Assembly: GCA_027051165.1 (NCBI GenBank)
Contig: JALTZZ010000036.1
Location: 5,050 to 69,049, forward strand
Direction: 5' to 3'
DNA: 64,000 nt
Source: an archaeon
GTDB lineage: Archaea; Hydrothermarchaeota; Hydrothermarchaeia; JALTZZ01
A program made the position numbers and the translations under genes. The notes beneath the pieces were generated by a model. It was not told the DNA's origin, ran no database searches, and was given only the letters and a program-made list of their open reading frames with translations. The number at the start of each line of letters is the position of its first letter. Position 1 is the first letter of the stretch. Of this stretch, positions 9,865-18,871 are shown piece by piece.

Positions 9865-10998
9865 ATGGATAAAAAAGTTTATATCGCATATGCGATTGTG
9901 TTCTTTGCGTATTTAGGTTCTTTTTTAAGACTGCCCATAATTCCCCTATATGCAAGCGAACTTGGTGCGGATAAATTTGAAATCGGAATAATAACATTCG
10001 GATTCATGCTAACAGCTTTTATTCTTGCCTTCCCAATGGGTTTTTCTTCTGACAAATTTGGAAGAAAAAAGCTCATTTTGCTTGGTTTATTTCTAAACAT
10101 GGTTTCTTCTCTTATTTTATTCATGTCAGAGAATGTTTTAGAGATTTTCTTTGCAAACATCGTTGGCGGTGCAGGTGTTGCAACGTTTGCACCGAGCTTA
10201 TCCTCATACGTAGGAGATATATCGAAAAGGCTCGGCAAGGCATACGGATACTTCACCGCATGCATGCAGAGCGGAATGGCTGCAGGACCGCTTATGGGTG
10301 GTATTTTAGCAGATGCTCTTGGATATGTTTATAGTTTTCTCATTTCTGCTCTGATTATATTTATATGCATCCCAATTTCACTTTTTATAAGCGAGGTGTA
10401 TATGAGGAGACCTAAGGAAAGCTTTTTCAAGAATCTTTATTTACTTTTAAGGGAGAGAAAAATTTCTGGGAGCTGGATAGCCGTTTTATCAGTCGCATTT
10501 GCATTTGGAGTTTTTATGCCGTTCTTCCCGTTATACGCAAGTGAGGTTGGATATTCAACGTCTATTATAGGTTTGTTCTTCATGATTCAAGCTTTTTTTA
10601 ATGCTTTAAGCAGAATACCGGTTGGATACCTTGCCGATGCTGTGGAAAGAAAGAACTTTATTCCAAGCTTCTCTATGATTGTTTTATCGCTTTTAATTTT
10701 TATTCTACCAAATTTTAAAGATTTTTATTCTTTAGTTCTGATATCTGCATTTATAGGATTTTCGATGGGTTCCTCAACAACCGTCTTAAGCACGATACTT
10801 GCAGAAAACAGCCCTCCGAGGCTGAGAGGATTGACAATGAGCGGATTTAATGCATTTTTATACCTCGGATTTGCTCTGAGCTCTTTTATATGCGGATATT
10901 TCGTAAATGAATACGGATATTTTTACGGCTTCTCCTTAGGAAGCTTAACGTGTCTGCTTGGAGCTTTTATTTTTATAGCATCATTTTTCAACAGATAA
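9865..10998 (+). CDS. MFS transporter
   Basis: About 12 hydrophobic helices; motif A GFSSDKFGRK and its repeat GYLADAVERK. Confidence 0.9.
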   Translation: MDKKVYIAYAIVFFAYLGSFLRLPIIPLYASELGADKFEIGIITFGFMLTAFILAFPMGFSSDKFGRKKLILLGLFLNMVSSLILFMSENVLEIFFANIVGGAGVATFAPSLSSYVGDISKRLGKAYGYFTACMQSGMAAGPLMGGILADALGYVYSFLISALIIFICIPISLFISEVYMRRPKESFFKNLYLLLRERKISGSWIAVLSVAFAFGVFMPFFPLYASEVGYSTSIIGLFFMIQAFFNALSRIPVGYLADAVERKNFIPSFSMIVLSLLIFILPNFKDFYSLVLISAFIGFSMGSSTTVLSTILAENSPPRLRGLTMSGFNAFLYLGFALSSFICGYFVNEYGYFYGFSLGSLTCLLGAFIFIASFFNR

Positions 10999-11028
10999 CC
11001 AAATTTTTTAAGTTTTTGTAGAAGATTT

Positions 11029-11458
11029 TTATATTTCAGAATTTTTCCAAATTCCGGAACCTATAAATCTCTTTTCAAAATCTTCTTTGTCCAAATTACC
11101 ATATTTTATTTCTTTACCGTGCCTTGGTATAAAAACACGATAGTTTCTATTCTTAGTTCCTACAAAAAAATCGCTTAAATCTCTACATGAATTCAATTCA
11201 TCTTCACAAACCGCTGGATAAAAGTATGTTGTTCTTATATCCTTCTTTATATATTCCCCCTATCTTCCTGTAATCTTCGCTACTTGGCTGATCATATAAA
11301 GCCCTTGTTAAATTCGCTGTTATCGCTCCCCAAATTGCTCTCCCAGTTATGTAATATCTCGTTGTCTTCAATATTCCTATCTGCTTGTAGCCTATGTGAA
11401 TAGGAGCTTCTGCTCTAAACACAATTTTATAGCATTTCCAAGTCACTTCAATCACCAA
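11029..11458 (-). pseudogene. CRISPR RAMP (Csx10/Cas5-like) pseudogene, frameshifted and 3'-truncated
   Basis: WKCYKIVFRAEAPIHIGYKQIGILKTTRYYITGRAIWGAITA. Removing one G from the G5 run (C5 at 11256-11260 on +) restores IGEYIKKDIRTTYFYPA...FEKRFIGS, which stops at 11029. Confidence 0.75.
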
Positions 11459-11852
11459 AACTCTTCATAACAACTTTAACGATAAATTTAGCATCTTCTA
11501 TTGCTTTTTTTGCATCTTCTTTATCATACTCTTCAAGGGGTATAAAATCCTCAGCTCCATAAAAGCTTAGCGCTCTTTCTTTTCTTAAACGTTTAGATAT
11601 CCTTTTTATTTTGTCTAAATTCTCTTTGATTTCTTTTGGGAGAATATCCTTATATTTTTCGAGTATTTTCCCAACATCGTGTAGCTTTGGAACTTCAACA
11701 CCTAAATTCCTAAGAACGGCTTTTAGAGACAGTTCAACAATTTCTTGAGCTTCTCTTACGACATCTGGATAATCGCCTTTTTCGTAAAATATTTCTAACA
11801 CTTCAAGCCTTATTTTAGCCCTTTTTAAATAGTCTCTTGCAAGCTTATCCAA
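11448..11852 (-). CDS. HEPN domain protein (toxin of MNT-HEPN pair)
   Basis: DYPDVVREAQEIVELSLKAVL, LHDVG, RLRKERALSFYG; overlaps the upstream MNT gene. Confidence 0.87.
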   Translation of the reverse strand: MDKLARDYLKRAKIRLEVLEIFYEKGDYPDVVREAQEIVELSLKAVLRNLGVEVPKLHDVGKILEKYKDILPKEIKENLDKIKRISKRLRKERALSFYGAEDFIPLEEYDKEDAKKAIEDAKFIVKVVMKSFGD

Positions 11853-12348
11853 GCTTTACTCCTCCAACAAATCTTCCTTTCTTTATTACCCAAATCCAAG
11901 TATCATCTACTTTTTCTTTGTAGCTCCCCCACTCCTTCATTTTTTCCTCAACTTTTTTAAGCAGTTCTTTCATAAAGTTTTCCTTATCATATATAATTAT
12001 GCACGATTGTGTCATGTCCAAGTATATCGGATTGAAATAGCTTGCTTCTTCTTTTGTTAAGATTATAGGAGAGATTTCGGAACTTATCCCTTTTTCAAAA
12101 AGCTCTAAAGCTATATCCTCCAGAGGAATTTCCACATTTTCTACGAAATCTTCTATTCTTTCTCTCATTTTTCCAGCTCTTTCAAGAACAATCAGAATAT
12201 CTATGTCAGATTTTGGTTTGTTTTCTTTTCTCGCATAAGAGCCGAAAATAACAATAGAAACAAGATTATCTTTGTAATGATCCTTTATCCTTTCTATTAG
12301 CTTTTTTATGTATTCCTCCTGCAGCTTAGAGTAAAATTTCATTTTCAT
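11845..12348 (-). CDS. Minimal nucleotidyltransferase (MNT antitoxin)
   Basis: IFGSYARKENKPKSDIDILIV (GS-x10-DxD). Confidence 0.87.
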   Translation of the reverse strand: MKMKFYSKLQEEYIKKLIERIKDHYKDNLVSIVIFGSYARKENKPKSDIDILIVLERAGKMRERIEDFVENVEIPLEDIALELFEKGISSEISPIILTKEEASYFNPIYLDMTQSCIIIYDKENFMKELLKKVEEKMKEWGSYKEKVDDTWIWVIKKGRFVGGVKLG

Positions 12349-12475
12349 AATATTCTAAGCTCATTCTTAACCTCTTTAACAAAAATCTCAACCTCTTTTT
12401 GCAGACAATATGAATACATATAGCCCTCAACATGTCTTTTTCTAAACACATCACTGCTTTCTTAGGCAGTTCTGA

Positions 12476-12808
<333 letters not shown>

Positions 12809-14041
12809 CTAAATTTTTGGGAATTTTACTTTTTCTATCCAAGAATCTATGTCATCGAAAATAATTCTTGCATATTCTAAGACTTTATTGTAAAGGTCTT
12901 CGGCATCGTCTTTTTCTACTGGTGAAAGACCATGAGCCAAAATTGAACTGTTTCTCTTGCTAATTAAATCATGCAGTTTTTTATCTTCTTTGAATTTTAT
13001 TCCTATTTCTTCATTTAAATCTTTTAAAAGCTCATACGTTCCATGCAAGCCTAATTTTACATTTCCTTTTTCATCAACAAATTTCTCATATTTTTCTCTC
13101 AATTCTTCTTCTGGGAGTATAGAAATTAAATCGGCTAAAACTTCTATTTGCCCGTATCTCTTTTTAAGGACAATGTTTCCGATAAATTCTATTGAACGAT
13201 AGAGTCTTGCTACTGCATCGTCATATTTACCTTCTTCAATCCTCCTCTTAGCGTTGCATATAATATCAGCCAGCAATAATTTATCTCTGAGCATTTCATC
13301 TTTTGTATTTAATAGTGTTCCTAAAAATTCCTTGTTTTTATTTATTTGAGAAACATCACATAAGATATCTTCTATATCAGAACCTTTAATGTTTTTCATA
13401 AGGTTGTAGGCTTCTTCGTGCCTAAATAGATCCCAGAAATAATAGAATTTTATAATGTTCTCAAAGACATCTATTTTGAATTCTTTTATAAGTCTATCAT
13501 CCAGTTTGCTTTTTATGTCTTCGATTAATTTTAGACAATCGTAAAATTGATAGTTATTGAACATTTCTTTGATGATATTCTTTTTCATATCTGATGTAAC
13601 CCTTACTGGAGATGGAATTGTATATACACGTTCCGTTCCTGGAATAACTCTTCCAGTTTCAGGATCTCTTTCTCCGGTAACGTATATTAAACCATCAACT
13701 TCTTCGACTATTCCAGCAAGTATAAGTCCTCCAGTCATAGCTTTTGTTCCGCTTGTAAAGTCTATAAAAATCTCTTTATATTTGTTTTTTAATTCTAAAA
13801 TAGATTTTTTAGAAATTTCATAACACTCTTCAGCATCATTTTCATTTTTTATTAATTTTTGCTCATATTTTATTTCTAATCCAAATTTTTCTTTAAGAAT
13901 ATTTTTTACTTTTTCGACAGTTCCCTTACTCTTTTCTGTAACTAAAAATACGACAAAATCTGGTCTTCTATCGTTAATAGATACAGAAATACCGTGTTCT
14001 ACTCCCTTACCAGTCCCTACGGTTATTACCATTGCCCTCAT
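12809..14041 (-). CDS. CRISPR-associated CARF-HEPN protein (TIGR02710/Csm6-like putative cOA-activated RNase)
   Basis: ITVGTG, FLVTEKS, IDFTSGTKAM (CARF); YDDAVARLYRSIE and RNSSILAHG (HEPN R-x-H motif). Confidence 0.85.
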   Translation of the reverse strand: MRAMVITVGTGKGVEHGISVSINDRRPDFVVFLVTEKSKGTVEKVKNILKEKFGLEIKYEQKLIKNENDAEECYEISKKSILELKNKYKEIFIDFTSGTKAMTGGLILAGIVEEVDGLIYVTGERDPETGRVIPGTERVYTIPSPVRVTSDMKKNIIKEMFNNYQFYDCLKLIEDIKSKLDDRLIKEFKIDVFENIIKFYYFWDLFRHEEAYNLMKNIKGSDIEDILCDVSQINKNKEFLGTLLNTKDEMLRDKLLLADIICNAKRRIEEGKYDDAVARLYRSIEFIGNIVLKKRYGQIEVLADLISILPEEELREKYEKFVDEKGNVKLGLHGTYELLKDLNEEIGIKFKEDKKLHDLISKRNSSILAHGLSPVEKDDAEDLYNKVLEYARIIFDDIDSWIEKVKFPKI

Positions 14042-14043
14042 TT

Positions 14044-14337
14044 TTACTCACTATTAATTTTTATGATTTCTCCAACTTTATATTTTACGCTGTGGGATTC
14101 TACTACTACAGCTCCACCCAATCTTGGATCGTATGTTGCTATAAATTTAGTTGGATGGTAATAGTGAACCAAAAAGCAGTAGAGCCATATTGGACCACGA
14201 CCACTTAGTATTACTCCCTTGGTTGGATCTATTTCCGGTGGCTTTAAATTTTTAAGTATATCTGGCTCTATAGTATCGTTAAGTTCAAAGTGTATGAGCG
14301 TATATTCCTTTTTTTCTGTGATTTTGAAGTTTATCAT
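14044..14337 (-). CDS. csx3: Csx3 / Crn3 cyclic oligoadenylate ring nuclease
   Basis: GVILSGRGPIWLYCFLVHYYHPTKFIATYDPRLGGAVVVESH, the Csx3 signature. Confidence 0.92.
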   Translation of the reverse strand: MINFKITEKKEYTLIHFELNDTIEPDILKNLKPPEIDPTKGVILSGRGPIWLYCFLVHYYHPTKFIATYDPRLGGAVVVESHSVKYKVGEIIKINSE

Positions 14338-14348
14338 TATATATTCAC

Positions 14349-15254
14349 CTAAATTTTCTTTATATTTAAGTCTTTTATTAATTCTTCAACATTTTTTGGA
14401 TATTCCCTACCTATTAATGCAGAAATTAATGGTGATTTAATTCTGTTAAGTAAATATTTTCCATCTTCATTTATTTTTATTTTTTCATCATTTTTCTCTA
14501 TACACCAACCGCTCATTATATTTATATAATCCCTTCTAAAAGTTCTTAAATTGAAATTTTCAAATAATATAGGTTGTTTACCCTTTAATCTGCTTAAAAG
14601 CTCTTCGTCTTTTATAAAATCGCCAATATTATTTAATTCCTCAAGAATATAGAAGAATCTCCCATCAAAAGTCGTTTTAAATACATTTATCCTTTTAAAG
14701 TAAAACTCATTTTTATTCCTACTAAAAGGTTTGAGATATTTTCCATCTTCTTTCATGTTTGCTACAAATGTGTAATACATTACTGGAATAAGACCACTTA
14801 AATAAGCCACTTGCACTAAAGCTGAGTTTAATATATTTGTTCCACCTGTTAGATTTGCCCATATATGTTTTCCTACCTCTCCTCGTGGATGAAATTTTAA
14901 TAAAGCTTTTGTAACAGCTTCAAAACATTCGTCAAAATTGTTTACATCAACAATGCATAAATATATCTCCACATCTTTAAATTCTCTATGAATAAATTCT
15001 TTTACAATTTTTACGGAATTATTTAGTTTTTCTGCCCAATTGCACTGAACCTTTCTTTTCATATATTCATTATCAACAGAATAAAAAGCTTTTTCTTTTC
15101 CACTTGCTATTTCTTCAGATGTAAATATAACTACTTTTTCGACAATTTTTCCATATTCTTCTTTTTTATTTCCATATTCATTTTTAAGATAACTTAGAGC
15201 ACATGTCACGGCACCTGGAGATTTTCCCAAACCTGCAAAATGAACGACACCCAT
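14349..15254 (-). CDS. CARF domain protein with C-terminal winged-helix-like region
   Basis: HFAGLGKSPGAV (CARF motif I) and IWANLTGGTNILN (motif II). The C-terminus is helical then beta-hairpin-like, with no visible nuclease motif. Confidence 0.72.
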   Translation of the reverse strand: MGVVHFAGLGKSPGAVTCALSYLKNEYGNKKEEYGKIVEKVVIFTSEEIASGKEKAFYSVDNEYMKRKVQCNWAEKLNNSVKIVKEFIHREFKDVEIYLCIVDVNNFDECFEAVTKALLKFHPRGEVGKHIWANLTGGTNILNSALVQVAYLSGLIPVMYYTFVANMKEDGKYLKPFSRNKNEFYFKRINVFKTTFDGRFFYILEELNNIGDFIKDEELLSRLKGKQPILFENFNLRTFRRDYINIMSGWCIEKNDEKIKINEDGKYLLNRIKSPLISALIGREYPKNVEELIKDLNIKKI

Positions 15255-16268
15255 TTATTTCACCTCAAAGTATCCGTAGCCAGCCGATGTTTTTGCACCG
15301 ATGCCAATTTTTTTGACTGCTTCTTTTAATAGTTTTATCGCTTTCTCTGCAAGCTTTTGATTTTTGGATGCAACAGCAAATCTAAATTTGGTTCCTTTTT
15401 CAACTGCTAAGAAGAATATAGGATTTGGATTCATCCAGTCGCCTGGCGGAGTTTTACTGCTCTTATCTTGATAATAATCCCTATAGTGCACATTCATTAC
15501 ATCAAGAACTACAAAATCTCTATCTCTATCATCTAAAACTGGTGGGGTATCAAAGAATATAACTTTTCCTCTTTGTTTTTGTGTGCCAAAAATTTTAATC
15601 ACATCTTTAAATGTTATTTCATTTACCTTAATTCCTAAATCTTCACCATTTTCAAGAGCTTTATCTACCTCCTTAATAGCAATTTCATAAGATACATCTC
15701 TTTGTTTTTGATATTCTTTGGCAAACTTTTGTATTGTCCAATGCCTCGTAACACCTTTCACTGCACTTCCTGGAATGTAAGGGATTGAGTAATTTCTGTG
15801 GAAAAGTAAAGAGGTTTCATAAACACTTGCGGCACCTAAATTTATAACGAGGCGCCAATTGAGAGGCAAGCCTGAATTCTCGTCAGGTAAGTATTTAATG
15901 TAATAACCCATTCGTTTGAGGTTGTTAAATAGATTATTTACTCTTTTTTCATAGCGTTTATATTCATTTAATGGAAAAAATTCAAAAGATAAACTTTTTC
16001 TAACATTTTCTGTCATTTTTTCTCTGAATTTCTTTCCAGAAGGATTGGGATTTTCTAATAATCTTTTTGCTTCCTGAGGATTATTATAAATAATTCTTAA
16101 AAGAGCTACTTGAACCTCTGGGCTACATTTCAGCTCATTATTTTCCTTCCACCATAATACATATTTATCGAAAAACAGTCCAAGGTTTAGATCTTTAGTT
16201 CTTAAAGCACTAGCTACAACATCAATTACATTTTTTGATAAATCCTTGGAAAGAAAAAAACCTTTCAT
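15255..16268 (-). CDS. cmr6: Type III-B RAMP Cmr6
   Basis: WRLVINLGAASVYETSLLFHRNYSIPYIPGSAVKG, LDVMNVHY, GIGAKTSAGYG. Confidence 0.93.
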   Translation of the reverse strand: MKGFFLSKDLSKNVIDVVASALRTKDLNLGLFFDKYVLWWKENNELKCSPEVQVALLRIIYNNPQEAKRLLENPNPSGKKFREKMTENVRKSLSFEFFPLNEYKRYEKRVNNLFNNLKRMGYYIKYLPDENSGLPLNWRLVINLGAASVYETSLLFHRNYSIPYIPGSAVKGVTRHWTIQKFAKEYQKQRDVSYEIAIKEVDKALENGEDLGIKVNEITFKDVIKIFGTQKQRGKVIFFDTPPVLDDRDRDFVVLDVMNVHYRDYYQDKSSKTPPGDWMNPNPIFFLAVEKGTKFRFAVASKNQKLAEKAIKLLKEAVKKIGIGAKTSAGYGYFEVK

Positions 16269-16732
16269 GTTCCCTCCTCCTTATCTCTTAGCTCTGCTTC
16301 AGCAAATCTTTTCATCCAATTTAAAAGAGCGATTATTTCTTTAGTAACCTGAAAAACTTCGATAGATGATGTATTTTCATCAATTATCCAGTTTAGAATG
16401 TCTTTATTTTGTTTAAATTTTTTATTGAACCAACCGTTTATATGGTCATAGAGCAGCTTATATGCTTTTTTATCATCACCTAATTTTTGAAAAGCCTCTC
16501 TTTCTGGATCTTGTATGTCACTTCGTTTTAATTTATCTAAGTGTTTTTTGAATTCTGCCTCAAATTTTGATTTATAAAAGGCTAATGTATTTCCCAAGCC
16601 GTTTACTTGAATATACGTTGAGGCTTTTTTGACATACGATTTGTATTTATCTTCGAGATTAATGTCCCCCTTCACTTCCTGAATGCATCCCCAAGCATAT
16701 CTTGCCCTTTCCTGTTCAAGACTTCTTAGCAT
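16265..16732 (-). CDS. cmr5: Type III-B small subunit Cmr5
   Basis: LEQERARYAW, IQVNGLGNTLAF, LLNWMKRFAEA. ATG 16732 follows a GGAGG-like RBS. Confidence 0.9.
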   Translation of the reverse strand: MLRSLEQERARYAWGCIQEVKGDINLEDKYKSYVKKASTYIQVNGLGNTLAFYKSKFEAEFKKHLDKLKRSDIQDPEREAFQKLGDDKKAYKLLYDHINGWFNKKFKQNKDILNWIIDENTSSIEVFQVTKEIIALLNWMKRFAEAELRDKEEGT

Positions 16733-17720
16733 GGTTATTCCCTCCTTCAACAAGCTTAATGCTTGCAAAACCTTTTCCAATGGTTTCATCTCCGCCTATA
16801 TGTATTATTTTTTCGCTGTAATTTTCTTTAAAGATAGTCTCTATCTGCTCTGAAAACTCTTTTTTGTTTTTTAATTTTTCTTTTAAGTCTTTCCTCAAAT
16901 TTTCTAAATCTATCTCCTTTGTTCTATTTGGAATTAGAATTAAAGAATACATTATGGTATCTGCTGGTAAATATTCCTCCGTCCACAACGCACCTGTTTT
17001 TACAGTTCCTTTTTCTGGATCTATTCTAATCCTTGTAACAACTTCTGTTGTAAGTGAAACCAAATCTCTGAAAACGTTGTTGGAGACGACTATCAAATCT
17101 TTTTGGAGTTTTTCCCTAAGTTCTTTGTATGCATTGTTGTTTGGCAATGCCTCTACTATATTTTTTGCAATTTTATTTACATTTCCATCTTCACAGCATT
17201 TTAGCTGTAAATCTTCTATATAAACATGTTTATCTGTTACATAAGAATTTTTACAAACTTTAGCCTCTTCATCACTTGTAGGTTCTGGAATTTCCCAATC
17301 AACAGAAATTTTTGCAACATTTAGATCTCTTTTGTATCTATCTAAAACTAAAGGACAGGTTATCCATCCAAAAACCCCTTTTAGAGTTCTAACGGGAAAT
17401 GCAAGAATTTTTGCATCTGTTACTGATATGCCTCCAATACCTTCTTCTGTGCCAAATATTTGGCCGCAAAGAGGACATACTTCATTACCCTCTTTATCTG
17501 GACAATTTTCGCATTCATCGCTCAATGCTATAACACTATTCTTTTTTGCACACTTAGGTGCATTTCTCAGTACTCCTTTCAATGAGGAACCTTGAATTAT
17601 TGGAAATTCTGTGTGCCTTTCTCTCTGTATCGGTAAATCAACCGCTCCTAACGTTGCTCCACTTCCAGCATGTATTGGAGTCTCCGCATAGATATACATA
17701 ACCAAGGTTCTACCAAACAT
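16716..17720 (-). CDS. cmr4: Type III-B RAMP Cmr4
   Basis: YAETPIHAGSG...VDLPIQRERHTEFPIIQGSSLKGVLR, ALWTEEYLP, IGGDETIGKG. Confidence 0.95.
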   Translation of the reverse strand: MFGRTLVMYIYAETPIHAGSGATLGAVDLPIQRERHTEFPIIQGSSLKGVLRNAPKCAKKNSVIALSDECENCPDKEGNEVCPLCGQIFGTEEGIGGISVTDAKILAFPVRTLKGVFGWITCPLVLDRYKRDLNVAKISVDWEIPEPTSDEEAKVCKNSYVTDKHVYIEDLQLKCCEDGNVNKIAKNIVEALPNNNAYKELREKLQKDLIVVSNNVFRDLVSLTTEVVTRIRIDPEKGTVKTGALWTEEYLPADTIMYSLILIPNRTKEIDLENLRKDLKEKLKNKKEFSEQIETIFKENYSEKIIHIGGDETIGKGFASIKLVEGGNNHAKKS

Positions 17721-17722
17721 TT

Positions 17723-18871
17723 CTACCACCTTCCTATAAATGCACACCTCATATCTATGTTATTATTTAAAATTCTTATGGGGATATCAATATCTTCTTT
17801 AATTTTTCCTTTAAATTTATAATAATAAACAGCACCAGCGTTTACCCATCTTCTAAGCGACTTTTCTAAGTTTTTTGCAAAATCATAACCTCCTACATAT
17901 ATAGGCTTTCCCGGCAAGCATGCCACCATTTTTAAGTCTTTTATTTCAAGTTTGTTCTCAAGCACTTTTTCATCTGGTTTGTATCCTCCAAAATATGAAG
18001 GTGCTGCAAGATATAGCTTGAATTTTCCATCTTCATTTATTTTTTTAATTATACCTTTTAAATCTAATTCATCCTCAATATTGATATCTTCTATTTTCCT
18101 AAAAATAGCCCCTCTTCCTTCTCCACCAAGCCTAATTAAGTCACAATCTTTGACAAAATCGTCTATATCACCGTTATACCATAAAACAAAACCCCAGTTT
18201 TCTAAGAGTCTTAGAAATTCAGCTGCATATAAATGTCCCTCTATCGTCTGCTTTTTAACTTTATCTAATTTTATTCCTACCCTAATCTCCTTAGTATATG
18301 GCTTTTCTTTGATTTCTGGAACTCCTCCGTAAAGATATTTTTTTAATCCTTTTAGATCAATATATCCGTCTATAGGTTTTACTTTTGAATACTTCGGTGA
18401 GATGAGGACTTTTAATTCTTCTAAAAATTTAACTTTAACTATATCCCCGTTTTTCTTGTTTTCCTTAACTATATCATTAGGAACTGGGAAATATTCTTTT
18501 TCTTTTTTTGAAAAGAAAACGCCCAAAACGTTGAATCTTGACTTTAAGTTAAGAGGAGTATAGCCAACTATTTCCAGCATTCTTTTAAGCATAGAGTCAT
18601 TTTTTATTTTTTCTTCAACAATTTTTCTTAATTCATTTAAACTTTTCTCAATATCATCTACTGTTTCATTCTTTCTTTTTTTTCTTTGAAAATCACTTAA
18701 ACTGTAATTTTTCTGTAAACAAAAATCAGAAAATATTTTTGATTTTATAGCACCTTCAAATGTTTGAGGTAATATTAAGCCCAGTTTAGCTATGTGCGAT
18801 TCTCTCGCTATAAAAGGTCTCTCACTTCTGAACATGAAAACATCTAAAGGTTCTATAAAAAGTCTTTTCAT
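17723..18871 (-). CDS. cmr3: Type III-B Cmr3
   Basis: IEPLDVFMFRSERPF, EIRVGIKLD, RLGGEGR, VNAGAVYY. Confidence 0.92.
   Translation of the reverse strand: MKRLFIEPLDVFMFRSERPFIARESHIAKLGLILPQTFEGAIKSKIFSDFCLQKNYSLSDFQRKKRKNETVDDIEKSLNELRKIVEEKIKNDSMLKRMLEIVGYTPLNLKSRFNVLGVFFSKKEKEYFPVPNDIVKENKKNGDIVKVKFLEELKVLISPKYSKVKPIDGYIDLKGLKKYLYGGVPEIKEKPYTKEIRVGIKLDKVKKQTIEGHLYAAEFLRLLENWGFVLWYNGDIDDFVKDCDLIRLGGEGRGAIFRKIEDINIEDELDLKGIIKKINEDGKFKLYLAAPSYFGGYKPDEKVLENKLEIKDLKMVACLPGKPIYVGGYDFAKNLEKSLRRWVNAGAVYYYKFKGKIKEDIDIPIRILNNNIDMRCAFIGRW

Noticed and set aside
12349-12475. Intact small gene between the two MNT genes
   Set aside because: There is no convincing start or family motif; at most it is a HEPN remnant, mentioned under findings.
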